Assembly (NCBI RefSeq): GCF_964355755.1
Contig: NC_092677.1
Coordinates: 518,101 to 582,100, forward strand
Source: Antedon mediterranea
Lineage: Eukaryota; Animalia; Echinodermata
Reading direction: 5' to 3'
DNA: 64,000 nucleotides
The notes beneath the pieces are model-generated. The model had not been told where the DNA came from. It made no database searches and worked only from the letters and a program-made list of their open reading frames with translations. Of the stretch, positions 38,001 to 53,000 are shown one piece after another; position 1 is the stretch's first letter, and each line of letters begins with the position of its first letter. A program made the position numbers and the translations under genes.

Positions 38001-41000
38001 GGGTCACCCTGGAATACTGGTCCATTGAGTTCCTGTCGTTGTGGACATACAAATGGGCGCAGCACCCGACACAAAGGGACCCTTTTAGGGGAGAAGAAAG
38101 TTGTGGTATGTGCAATTCAACCCAGTAGGCTGCAATTCACAGACTATTTTCATTTACATCCTTACAAGGTCTGCAAGGAAGATAAACAACAGTCTGTATA
38201 CTGTACTTACATCAACTTGGGCTGGTCGCTCAGGTTTCTTCGTTTTCTTGTCCATTTCAACTTTAGCATACAGATCACCAGGTGCTTCAGATTCAACTGG
38301 TTTCTTTTTCTTTAAGTTGACCTCTGTGTATAGGTCACCACCTTTTGCTTCATATCTAACTAACGGTGTCTTTCCTTCTTCCATTTCAATGGCAGGTTCA
38401 CCATCTGATTTGTTCTTTTTTCTGGAGAGAATAATAATAATAATTATTATCGGACTGATATCATTAGAATTGTTTGTCCCACAGTTTATTTTTAAATGCT
38501 AATTGCAAATGATTTTTAAATATACCGCAATTCATTTTTAGGTGCAGCATTCGTTTTTATTTGTATTTTCCCTATAGTAAAAAGAGCCAAAACATCTGTG
38601 CTCTGTGGACGCAATCCTATTATTAAACAAAAGTGGCCTTTCTTGATGAAATTGTAGAAAACTAAATGTATCAAACTAAGATAAGTGTGTAAACTCACAA
38701 ACTTTTTTCATTCTTGTTGCCTGTAAAAAATAAACAGTTTTTGATAATAAATGTGATCAAATAAGAAAATTATAATAACTAGAGGGTATAAAATATTCAA
38801 AAATGAATGAAGTTGAAACTGGTAACAATGATGATAATGACTATAATATAGAATAATATTCTATATTAATAATACAACATATTATGTTGTATTATTGATA
38901 ATTACAAAAAAAAGATGTAAATTTGAAAGGTTTGAAATTAAATAATTTAGATGATTTATTATATAATTTAAGATCATTAGCAGAAAACAAAACGAATTGG
39001 ATTTAGTTTGATTGATAAATGTTTTGTTGTAGAATGATATTTACCATTAGTTACTGTGAACGTGGCATGGTGTTTAAAAACTTGTTCACTGGTTGTCATT
39101 TCACAGAGATAGTACCCATCATCATCCTCTTTCACATTAGGTATCTTGAGAGAACCATCATCAGCAACTGACCATCTAGAATTAACATCTCCCGAACGAA
39201 CTAGGAAATTCCCTCTCACACCATTTTTATCAGATTTATACCAATCAAAGTGTTGCACTTTCTCTCCATTTGGAGGGGTGAATTCAACTTGCAAACAACC
39301 GTTAGTAGAAACATCTGCCATACTTGGCAAAACTTTCATTCTTATTAGCCAAATGAAAGATAACATGACATTTTTAATGTATGGGTTAAAAAAAATTCTT
39401 TTAACGATAGAAATTAAACCACATTTATTGTGCTTTTCTATTTGTAATAACTTTTTTATAGTTTATGGCAAAACTATAGAGCTTCCTAAACACACATAAA
39501 AATATTTGAAATAAAATGCATTGAAGAAAGATTATAGATGTTCAAACAGTATTACAGGTAGTAGTAAAATAGAAAGGATAAATTAGAATTAAAAATATTA
39601 ATTTCATAGACTTTTAGGTTATGCAACCCTTCACCTAACATATGAATACAAGAGGCAATATTTTTAAAAAATGCATGCAAATAGCTAAAAAATGCAAAAA
39701 TGAGAAACTATGCCAAAATGCATAAATATTTTTTATATCCATCTTAATATTATGCGTATGTGATTGATTTATGTCAATTACAGTATTTTTTAAAACAAAG
39801 GAAAATATTTGAACACTCACCTACAAGGCTTTTCAGGTTTGTTATTTTTCAAATCTGATGAAAAAAAATTGTTAGTGCTCTGTAAAACTTGGAAAATTTA
39901 CATTTTAGTCATATATACAGACTATGGCTTCAGCTTTTTCTATAACATTGTTGGGCAGGAAAATTTGTAGATTAATTTTATCCTTAGTTACTAGAGGTTC
40001 AAGGTCTTGAATGAACCATGTGAGGGCAGCAGGCCATTTGACAATAAGTGGCCTACATTTTGGTTTTGCTTTAACTTGTGCCTTAAAAATGAAATCCATA
40101 AAATAAAGACAAACTGATGAGAAGTGGTCTTTATACTGTTGCTGTTAATAATTTACAGTATTGACATAATATCTACTTATGTATGCTAATTGCTTAATTA
40201 TTAATTAGCAATTGTTTTGACATTTTATTTACAGCATACTGCATGCATATGTTATTTTATACAGTATTTTCATTTCAACTAGTTTTGTAATCTTATTTAC
40301 AAAATGTTTATCATTCACTTACATATTACAATTCCCACTATAATGAACAAGGCAGCAGCACCAGCAACTCCTCCTGCAATGGCTGCAGTGTTAACTGTAT
40401 CTTCATCTGTAACTACTGAGAAGGATGAAAATAACAAAACTGTGTAAAGCTATAAAAAGTCTACTGGGATGAATCACTGTATTATTCTTGGTTGAAAATC
40501 ATGATCAAATTTTCAAATATAAATAATACTTGTCTATACTTTTTTATTATTAGGTATTACGTATTTGCTGAAGTAGCATTATGGATTCAACTTTTTATTT
40601 CTATGGCTGCTATAGGCACAGAATACATTTGTTTCTGTAACATCAGTGGCTTAACATTTATCAGTGGGATAGCTTATGGTCTGATTACTATTCAAACGCA
40701 CCAATTACGAAAGTAATTTCCAGTGATCTGAGATCCATATTCCCACCATTTTAGGCCGTGAAAAAAACACTTTTGGAACGCTGTTTAAACAGAGCTACTG
40801 TTGAAATGGGAAACTGTTATATATTACATCACTTCCATCCACTTAGAATCAAATCTCCAAGTCTAAGACATTCAAAGGGGTGGTGCTCAGATTTTTCTGG
40901 AGTAGAACAGTTAAGACAATGCACAGGCTACTACTGTTTTTTGTTTTTACTACAGTATTGATCAGTGTCGCAAAAATTCTCAAAATCTTACAAAAAGGTG

Positions 41001-44000
41001 GCTGTGTAAAACGATTGGATAGAACTTTAAAATGGGGTAATGCACAAAATTCAAAAACTTTTTAAGTATTAGGTGTTAATGGAATAACTTATTATTAGTA
41101 ACTCAAATTAAGTCTGAACCATTGGATGAATATTTATTGGATTAAAATATAACAGTAATATGCTGTTTCATTATAAATATATTAATTTGTAATATTAACA
41201 CTATTATACTTTATTAGAAGAAATTGGTAAACGTTAGACAGTTATGAAGATACTTAAAAAAAAAATCAGTGATATGACAGTGAAAGCAAGTTTTCAGAAA
41301 AAAAACTACATTAGTGATTAAACCAGGTAATTATCCTTGTCTTGTGTCACCTGTAATATAAACATTATAATCAATCTAATTCAATGAACCTATACCTAAA
41401 TTCTCCCAACTCTTAATTATTAATTTAATTAATTAATAATATAAGTATGGAAATTAATTTGTAAACTGTATACTAACAAAGATGGTTGCCATATGAACAA
41501 GTTGGCAACAAAACCACTAATTACAGTAAACATTTCATTTTGCTATGGTAAAGATAAGAAAATTTGCAAGAATGATAGGTCTGACTGAGATGCAAACTGA
41601 TATTCTACATCATAGTAAAGCAATTCATATCATCAACATGGTACTGCACAACATAAAATGTATGTCTCTATCATACTACTGTAGCTATAAACTATTTTTT
41701 TTATATAATTACCAAATACCTCTTTCATATTACCTACTGTATAAAACCTTTTTAACATACCGGGGTGTCAACACCTATTTATTTGCCTGTGTGCTAGGAG
41801 ATGTGAACAGGCAAATTTCAAACCTACTAAAAGAAATAGTAGAAGCAGATCTGCCTAGTAATTTTTGGGAAGTATAATTTTAGACTTTGGCACAAAGTAA
41901 ACAATTTTGTTGTATGTCGTAGAATCTTGTATTGTCTTACCTTTTTCAGTTTCGTTTTTAGTAGTAGTAGTTGTTTTAGTCGTAAGTTCATATGTAGTTC
42001 CTGAATGTAAACAAGGTCTAGTTCAGACTGATGGTATTATATTATAAGGCAAAAATTAGCCCATTGACAAGGAGCACCAAGTTTAAATGTCTGACAATTT
42101 AAACATAGCTAAATATTCAAACTTAGAGTTTCTGAATTTTTTAAATTTTGTTTTGTTTTGTTTGTACGTTTTTTAATATGGATGAAATTCCAAAATAAAT
42201 ATAAATTGAATTAAAAGCATGGAGGTATGGCTAAGGCAATCATAGCCATTGACAATAGGATGTTTTGGTGTCACTTGCTAAAATCAGGCCCCTGGTTTTT
42301 TTCAGATAAAAACAAGTAGAGTAGTTTCATTACCAATACTCCCCACTTGCAGAACAATTTGGTTACAAAACATGTTTCACAAGCAATATAGAAAGGCAAG
42401 TCATATGCAATTAGGAACATATTCCCTGAAGTTTTAAAATTGTTTATATAGTATAATGGTTATTGTTAATCAAATACAAAAACATTTTGCATGTGTATAG
42501 TATCATACCACAGCACTAGTTCTTAAACAAGACAACAACTCATACAATTGTATAGCTTTTTGAATTTGTTACAATTAGCAATATTATGGTTGAAATTGTT
42601 TACCTATTATCATAGTAATGAAATGTACAATTATCTTTAAGGTAGAAGAAGCAACAACTTGGTTTTTGCATGGTAAATAATACACAAGCATTACAGAGAA
42701 AATGAAATTCCAAACAAATTACTTGACACGTATCCTCTTTTACAAGTTTATATACACTAGTATGGAAAAATGAAAACTTGGGATGAGAGATAAATTTATG
42801 ATGTGAATATATGGCATGATTAGTGGAAAATGAAGAAAAAAGAAGTAAATTTAATATTATATGGTATTGTGAATTCAGATCGATTAGCGATTGTGAGACC
42901 CAATCACAAGTCATTTGCGATAAGAGATCCCGGTAACCCACAATTCCAATATTGACCAATTGCTACTGGTTGTAAAGTATGTTTTCCACTAGGCAAATTT
43001 AAGTAAATCGAAAGCGTCAGCTTATACGAATGCATATTCATGTTTCCTTCTTCAAAATCTCTAGTTCCTTGAGTTTTTGCATTAGCAACATTGGTAGTTC
43101 AAATAGTTTCTACTTTTTGTGAATCAAACAATTTTGCAACCAACCAGAAGTCAGGAAATAAGCGTTATAAGAGTACTTGTTAATAACGTTATAATATTTA
43201 AAGTTGTTTAAGCTGAAGCTATAGCCAACATAAGCATGGAAGGTGGGCTAGTTGATGGTTGGCTGACAACTTGTGATTACATGATTTATTTTTGTAAATT
43301 CTGATATATTAAATAATATTAATAATTATAATCATGGCACTAAATGCATGCAGTAATTAGTGCAATAAATATAGTGTAATTTTATAACATTAGTGAAATA
43401 TTCCTTGGATCCAAGATGTCTCTAAAGCACTAAATACTACATGAATACAACTTAGATAATTGATAATATAATATGGAAGCCAAGCAAAACTAGCTGTACT
43501 GTTTATTAGTAATTTAATAGTATCATACAACAGACAATTTTTTTGACCCAAATATTGTTAAAAAGTATTTAATAAGATTGTAAAAAATGGGGTTTGAAAA
43601 TATAGGCAAGCAAACTGATTGGCTGGAAATTATCACCAATGATGACCTATACAATAAATGTAGACCTAAGGGGAATCCCCACAAAATGTCTACCAACAAT
43701 GGCAATACCATTTTGGTAAGATAACAAGTTTTCCTGATGATCCCTTACAAACATGAATATGGATTTTATATTTCATTTTGGAATCTGCACCTTTGTCAAG
43801 AAGAAACCAAATATACAGTATTTTAAAGCTATTTAAATAAATATTGACTTTGGCTATAGAAATTTGTATACTGTATTCAATGAAATTATAGAACACATCG
43901 ATTTCTAATGATTTGAATAGGAAAATTCTTAAATTCATTAATTTTATTGATTATAAAATAAGATAGGAGAAGGGACAAGCTCGGCCTAACATCAAGCGAC

Positions 44001-47000
44001 TGGTGAATGCAAAAGCATTGATGTGCTCATTATTGTGATATTTGCCTATTGTAAATGTAATGTTAGCTGCAATTTAGATGACATCTTACCTGGGTCTTGT
44101 GTAGTAGGTGGTGTTTCTAAAAAAAAATCAATGTAAAACACAAAAATAACATTCAATGAATAGTGATTTAGCCCTGTGTGTAATGTAATATTACATTAGT
44201 ATAGTATGTTTCTTTGCAGTATTAATGATGTGCTCCTCTCAATGACTGCCATGTAATCACAAGTAAATGGGCTTTAACAAATGAATACCTTTGTCATGGC
44301 ACACCATTAAAACCATCACAAATTACAGTAATTTTTTTTTAAATTTTAGATCTGCTCTGAGTGATGTTATAATGATTGAACTGCAACAATGTTGATGACG
44401 AAATTCAAATGACAAACAATTACTAAAGCAATGTTCATCAAATAATAATATGCATGATTGTTGATCATGACAAACGAAACATGTGCACATTTGCCTATAA
44501 TCTACCAAAAAGCCTGAAATGCATGTACATTTTAATATGAAACAATTCCTGAAGCCTACTATAAAACCACACCAGTCAACCCTAAACCAACATAGTGGGA
44601 ACACTTTTTATCTTGTAGCTCATATCGGTTTTTTAAAAATTAAGAAAAGGTAATTTATCTTTTAAAAAATGTGTATGCAACTCTTTTGATTTGTTCAAAG
44701 TTCAATGATACACTCTCCCAAATTGCTTGTCTAGAGTTTGGCAGGTGTAATTTTAAAAGCACATTGTGGACTATTTAAATTTAAATGCAATGTTAATGTT
44801 ATGCATGCTGATCTACACTGCTTTATATTAAGCTATATGTTTTTTTTACTCATTTTATTGATGGTAAAAAGGAACTAAATTCTATTATGTTGAACTTACT
44901 GTATTAAGACAAGTGTTTAATATTAAATTTCATATTCAATAGTTCTCCAATTAGACAATTTTGTAATTTTAACATACATTAAAAAAAACCAAATAAATCT
45001 CATAATAGTGTAGTATAAATTTACTGTAATTTATCCAACAAATATTAAATCATTTTTTATAACCTATAGTTAGTATAAAATATATCATACACTATATGTA
45101 TCACTGTAACAGTCAAGTATTTATTAAAAGGCATTTAATGTATGGTTTACATATTTTTTTCCCAAAACTCACTGTTATTGTTAAATGAACTTTTGGTTAT
45201 TACTTTATTGGTCAACAAATTGATACCAAACAATATAGATGACTCATTTCTGTAAGATCATCATATCCTTTTTTGACAGAGGATTATTATACAAATGAGT
45301 TGTGGTGATATAACCACTGTGGGAAATACCATGGATAAACAAGTTAAATTTTCTACACACAAAAAATAATTAAGATTAAATGAGATCAGTTGTCTAGTCA
45401 AAAGTTTACCTGGTTGAAAGTTGAACATGGAATATGTCCACTGACATTTAGGGTTGAATCACACAGTAAACCTAAAGGCCTATACAATGTGACTACAACA
45501 TAGTTTCAAGATCAAATTCATTCAACTCCCTTGAAGTTTACACATGATATATATCCTTTATGAATAGTATTAATAATAGTGGCATGATTCTATAGTTAGA
45601 AATTGTTAAAAAAGGAAAAGCTGAGTTGGATGGCATGTTTAACTGTAGTATAGTACACTCAATCTTTCTGGAAAAAAAATCCTATAGTACATCTAACATA
45701 CAATGTTCATAACTTGAATAAAGATTAAATTTACAAGCCTTTATTCATTGACCATTCACCTTTGAATCAGTGACACTAAAACTAATAATATTATGCAGCA
45801 GTGTTCAAACAATAACAAACATACAGGTATTAACCATGGATAATTACAACACTAACAATATTGCCTACCGTACGCATTTTTACTACACCATTTTGGTTTT
45901 TATTGAGTTTATTAAATTTGAGCAATCATATTAATGTTCTGGCAACAGATAACTCTGGCAAAGTGCCAAAGTCCAGGGCGTGTCTCTAATGAATAAATGT
46001 TTAATGATCAACTGTTATTTTGCAATAGATTTTAAAGTTCAATACGGAAATAAAACAGTAAATTTATTTAGTGCCACAACTAACGATAAAAGCAATCATT
46101 TTCATCCATAATGCAAACAAGAGTAAACAAGCATTGAATAATGGGGAATTCCCCTAAAGAATCCAATGAGGTAGAAATCAATAACATAATTACAATATGT
46201 CTTTTCACACAAAAAACAGGTTTGTTAAGATGATCCCTTGTCTCGCCCAATCATAGTACCAGTATATGAGCTCATCTCCTATATTATTTAATAATGGTTG
46301 CTGAACCTCCAATTAATCTGATTGGAAGAGGAAAATGGCATGATTCATGATTTATTCATGTTACTTTTTCCAAATATGAACAGAAACTAGACACTCCCAT
46401 GCATAACATTTTATAGTCTTGTTTATTACTTTTTTTCATTTTCTATTTTTGTCAATACAAAATTTCCATTGCCAAAAGCATAGAAGGAAGTAAACAAATA
46501 AGTACCGCTTGTCTCCAAGTAAACTAATGTACAAAACTGTGTAACAAAAGAACGCACTTTTTAATTCAATATCTAACAATGATCGATCGCAACGCTATTA
46601 TTAATGTTTCACAAAACATACTGACGTTGCTATGTTATTGTTGTTATAGCAATGCTACGCAAACAGCATTTGTTTATTAATACAGACGGATATAGATTTC
46701 TTCTTCTAAACAGCGACTAAAAAAATTATAGAACATTACCTTTTATCTTTTTTAACATAATACTTAATAGATTATAATTTGTGGGGTGTAACACTGCAAA
46801 AGAGAGTATGTGGGCCTGTAAGAATTAAATAGACCTATGTCCTGTCAGTAGTCTAGTACACTCTGAATGACTTTTATTCTATTTTGGCTCATTTTTCATT
46901 AAATTGTGTTTTGGATTGTCCTATCCAGTACTTTTGACAGCAATCACACACCGGTGATATGTGTTAAAAAGAATGATGTACACAAAACCAAAAGGGTACT

Positions 47001-50000
47001 ACAGAAAGTTAACTATTACACTGTTTGAAGGTCTTTAGGTTGAAGCAATATTTAGTATGACTTTATATAGCATATAACATTTTATCAAACCAATATTTTT
47101 ACAAAATTCTGAGTAACTTCCAAGATAGTCCCTACATTGTATTTACCTACACAAAACAGGGTTTATTGTAAAGTCAAAGGTCAACCTAACAGTTATTCAG
47201 AACAAACACATAATACAAGAAAAGTATTAGTGTAGTAGTATATATACAGTACATCTACAGTCCCTACAGTGAATGTCAACAACAAGGCTATCTATTGCTT
47301 TGCAAGAACTATTCAATTGGTTTTATGAAGTTCAAAGTCTAGTAGTGACGATTGTTAACAAAATCCTATTGCTATCAAACCATTGCCTTAAAAATACTCA
47401 AATACCATTCTAATAATTTAACCTTATTAGGAAACATATTTTATTTATGATTTATTTCAATCATGATAACAGATATAATTGATATTGATTGTACCTTGAC
47501 AGTAAGCTTCATTAGGTTCTAGGGTTAGGGTTATATGTTTTTATTATTCAAATCTATACATTCTAACATGAGGAAGAATATTATACTAGTGTAATTGATG
47601 ATAAATAAGTTAAACTTATTTCTCCATGGTGTAATAAAAAAAACTACAGAAATTTGGCCAAATTCGGAAATATTATGGAATACTATGGAAATACATGTAC
47701 AAACTAAAAGCAATAATTAATGATTATTGATCCACATGACGAAAATACTGCCTTTATCGTACAAGCATTAAAATATTCTGCGGACGTGGCCCTTACTTTC
47801 GGAAAAAGTCGGAAAATCATTCTGTGCATGCTCAGAAACATGAGCGTATACGTAGAATGACTGACGTAATGCGTAAAAACGACTAACATTTTCGATTTAC
47901 AACAGAAATGTTTTTTATCAAGAAGCTAATTTTAGCAAGTTGAGAACTCTGTAATAGGTTAGAGGTTAAAGGAAGTAATTACACGAGGAAATGAAAATTG
48001 GTGTTTATGATACTCAAAGTGAAGTACTAGACAATGAACAATCAAACAAAATTTCCAAGTTAAAAATTGGCTCATTAACAATGTAAATGTAGTCATAGCG
48101 TGAGAAAAGTTTTAGAATTTTGGGTATTATATATATGCTGTAACTTTTTTAATGTTTTCTAACAAAATTACAGTGCAAGAACTAATTATTAACAATCCAT
48201 AGTTTAATATAATATGGTTTCAAAGACAAGTCCTACAAGACCGACAAGAAAAACAAAATCATAAAAACATTACATAATGCTGTGTCCACACTGCAAAGCA
48301 AACAAGCAAAAAATAAATTCAGTGAATACATAAAACAATGATAATTAATTCACAATCAAAGCAGGTTCTCAGTGGATGCAGTAGCTTTTCACAATTTGTG
48401 CTTTTTATTTTTATATTATATGGGATTTTAGTATGATTTATTTATATTTAAAACATTGTGGAACAGGAACTACTACAGACACTTAGCACAAAATAAACAA
48501 AGATGTATGAAACAAACACTTCGCTATAAGCAAATACAATTTAAAACTAAATGTTTCTTCATAATTTAATGTAATAAATTCAATTCTGTTTCTACCTTAC
48601 AAACTAAATAAAAAGACTGCTGTATCACATTTTTTTTGATAAATTTGTTTTTTTTATGAAAAAAAAATGGAAAGTACTAAATAAATACCTACAGTATTAT
48701 AGGTTTTGTGTTTGATGTCAGAGTTCAGGATGGCAAGCACACTAGTGGCCACATATCCTGGTACTAGATTTGGGAGTTGACAATGTATACAAAGTATATG
48801 ATGTACTAATACATTACACATACCAGTGTGCTCCTAGCCATGAGTACCAAAATGCTGCTTAACACACACAATAAGCTTTGCAAGCACATGATAATCTGTC
48901 TATTCAGATTGGGTTTTCAGATTTTGACAACATGCAGAAGCACAATGTTTCAGGGTGCAACATCAATCAACTTACGATTTTCTTCTGTTATATTTCGTTC
49001 ACAATTTATCCCTTCATACCCATTTAGACAAATACACTCTTCTGTATTATTAAATTGACAAATACCACCATTTAGGCAGAGTAAGGAACATGCTGAACCT
49101 ATGAAACAATGTTAACTGTTATGATAAAACTGGTGTGATTACCAAATTTAATTTGATATTCTATTATGTGAAGAAGAAAAAGCAAAATACACCTACAGTA
49201 TGTAACCTAAAATGTACCTATGGAAAACGCTTTCTTAAGAGGATTGCCTACAATACAAGTATGAGACACATGTTCAAATCTCATGTGAAGTCGTTTGATG
49301 CACAATACAGTACATTAATGGGTTGTGAGCTGGTATATTTAATATGAGTAGCCTGAACTAATTGCTCTATGCCAATTGTCAATCAAGGTACCCATCAAAA
49401 AAATAGTCTTGGCTATTATAGGCCTACCATTTATATAACCCCCTGCACAAGGAGTCTAAAAAACAAGTTAAGAACCTAAACATGTATTTGTGTCAACCCA
49501 ATATGCATTATACTTGATGAATGAATTGTCTAAAACAACGTTCAGGGATTTAACATCCAGAATGTACAGCAACTTACGATTTCCTTCGGTTACATTAAGT
49601 TCACAAAGATCTCCTTCAAAGTCAATGGGACAGATACATACATCTAGTGTATCATTAACAATTTGACAAATACCTTCATTTTGGCAAAGTAAGGAACATG
49701 CTGAACCTATGAGACAACATTAAGCATCAAAATGTATTTAAAAACATAGTGGAAAAGACCCTAATAATAAAATTCTAATTATAACACCTGAGCAGAAGCA
49801 AAGCACATTCAGTGACTTATTACAGTATATTTTATGAGTGGTTACTTTAAAGTGTATAGGGGTTCTATACTTTCCTAATTTATTTCCAGTTTATTTATTT
49901 ATTTTTTTATTATTATTATTTATTTAATTTCAATACATAGTACCAGTATTTGCATTACATTATTGGATGTTGCAATAGCATGCACAATGCATTAGCACTA

Positions 50001-53000
50001 GAACTAATGAATAGAATAGCGCAACACACACACATTCATAGAACTCACTGTTATCATATGTTGTATTATATTCACAATACATCCCTGTAAACCAATACTG
50101 ACATTCACACCTCTGTGTATCATTAACAACTTCACATATACCTCCGTTACTACATTGTAGGTTACATGTAATTTCTGAGAAACAACAATTTCAATCTTAA
50201 TTGATTTACTGGTTAGAGATTATGGAATTTCAATTAGTTACATTTTATGCTTTTATATTTAGAGTTAAAATGAATTTTTTACTTTTATTCAATATTTAAA
50301 TCTATCTACACATTTCATTGAATATTAAGTGTATTAGGTTTTTATTATGATTTAAAAATGCATTTCTTTTTTTTTAAATTAATTAAATTAAAGTTGGTTG
50401 GAGGCCTCTTTATGTATTATAGATTACAATAACCTCACAGATTACTAACCACACTTATGTTTGTTAATTATTCAAGTGGCTATTGGCTTAAAATATGAAT
50501 CAAGCAGAACATAAGGGCCGCAGAATTCCCAAAAGCAAAGATACTGATGATGGGGTGTTAATAACATGTTAGAAGCTAGCAACATTTTCAAATATTAATT
50601 GTATTGGATGGCATGACATAAATGCTTGATGGTACATAAAATATCTGTTACAAACCACATTCATAGCCTGATCCATCTGCCGATTCCTGGACTACAGGTT
50701 TACAGATTTTCTCCCCTGGACATGGGTTGGGGTCACATGGATTTACTGTATGAAAATATTACCCACAAAATAATTAGAAAAAAATAAATAAAACTCTATA
50801 TATACTCATAATAATTGATTAAGTATTGCTATCATTACTAATTAATGCCTGGGAGAAGTGCTTTTAAGATCATACAACTATTATTATATACTGTACTAAC
50901 TTGTTTGTGTTTCATATTTTCACTATAAGTGTTTTAACACTTGCTGTGAGACAAACAGAGGTTACTAAGGTCTGTGTAGGCAATGAATTACAAAAGCATA
51001 GAACTAATGGAACGCTACAATACAGCCATACAGATAAATAGTGTGAACAATTTTACGTGTGTGCTTTTAGATAATAAATACAAATTTAAAACAAATTGTA
51101 TAGGTGAATGTTGTATTTATATATTTTTTAAAATCCTTAAAATAATTGTTTGTAAAGGGTAGTTGAGTTATTAGAAAATATTAGTAAAACAATTGGTAAA
51201 ATATACGGTTTGGTAAAATTGGATAAAATTTAAAGTTAAAGTCAATTTAAATAAAAATGCGAAATAAGCAACACAACAACAACATAAAACAATAAAACTA
51301 AAATAATAAACCTTGTGTGAAATTAATTTACTAAACTCACTATCATATTCATCCTGACAGAAAGTGCCATTGAAACCTTGTGGACATTGACAAGTAAAGT
51401 TAGCAGAAGAGTTATAAACTGGACTACATGTCCCGCCATTTTGACATTGATTATCACCTAAATAAATGAAGGGCAATGTATTTCAATTACTTTCTGAATA
51501 ATGTTAGCTGTTTTTTTAAAAACTAGAGTATCCTAGAGTTTAGAAAAATGGACACTTAAATCACAAGAATAATAAAGATTTTCTGATTGTACGAATTCAA
51601 AGATGAATTGATTAGACTAATAATTAAATTATTTAGATTTCTTAATCATTATGTAGACGTCAGTCAAGTATTAAATAATAAATTAGCAATTACAGTATCA
51701 TTAAACAAGTTTAAAAACAATAAAATAAATAAAAACTATTTATTTCGTAAGAAAATATAATTAAAAATTACATGTTACTAATTTTATTTCTGTACTCACT
51801 TTCACATTGATGTGTGCTTGTATTAAACTCTTGACATATGTCACAAATACAATAACAAGTTCCATCCTCAACAATATCTATGTACCCACCAGTTGAATTA
51901 CAACCATTTGCATAAATACAGACTATTCAACAAAATTTGTGTTAAAATGTAGGAAGGAACAAATTACACAGTAATCCAACATACCGTAATCATTTTTACA
52001 CAATTTTTTGGAAATATATTATATTATTTCTCAATAATGGCAGACAATTTACTAGGGATAATTAATCTACGTATTGAGTTAACACTAATCCATGTTTGTT
52101 TAAAATGTAATACCAAAATTAATCAACAGTAAGTCTATTGGGTAATGAAATAATTACTACAGTATTTGGAATTATTGTAAATAGTAGTGCTTTTTATACT
52201 GAATGTCACAAAATGATCTTTACTGTTACCAGGGAAGAGTTAAATTACATTAATTAATAACATTAATTTAACTCTTCCCTGCTGTTACTATAGTTTCCAT
52301 TCATATTTTAACACTAAGAAAAACTCACTTTCACAATTTGGTCCACTAAAATAACTAGTACAAGTACAAGTGTAGTTTTCTGCATTAATTATTGTACAAG
52401 TTCCAGCATTGTCACAGGGATTACTGGAACAAGGATCTATGAAAATGCAATGTAAACTAGATGGATTCAGAACTTACAAAAAAAATATTAATTAGTAATT
52501 AGAAATGACAACAAATACATATCAATGTTGAGTTGATACTGTACTGAGAGAGACTAAAAACACTTTTACAATTTCAATATGTTATTTTAATCGAGAGATC
52601 TTCTTTTGTTTGCATTTATAATTTCATGAAAATATTGTTATTAAAACTAAATACTGAACTTAGCCAACACAATAATAATCATTCAAATTCCCACTAAGAA
52701 TAACTATATTGTGTTATGCTTTTGTCACAATGTCACAATTTAATATACAAACAATTAATACACATTGGAATGTGAGAATATTTCATGAGTTGAAAGTTGA
52801 TTGGTCTACTGTATTTAACAAGGTGGAACAGAACTGAGCAGACACCTATCAATGAATGAAATATTCTCACTCATTTGACGAATACAGAACAGGGCTGCAA
52901 ATTAAGGGGTATTTGGTCGCATTTGCGACCTAATTTTTCGGTTTGCGACTAAAGAAACAGAATAGGTCGCGCATAGCGCGACAAGATCGTCTGCTTGTGC

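Noticed and set aside
37959-39499. Plus-strand ORFs 37959-38315, 38101-38502 and 39146-39499
   Set aside because: Antisense shadows of gene D exons.
45173-45440. Two possible extra gene D exons (~45440-45410 and ~45249-45173) that would keep frame together
   Set aside because: Weak acceptor on the first and no recognisable domain or stalk-like composition; unsupported without transcripts.
47511-47535. TTAGGG-like repeats
   Set aside because: Only about two units; too short to call an interstitial telomere.
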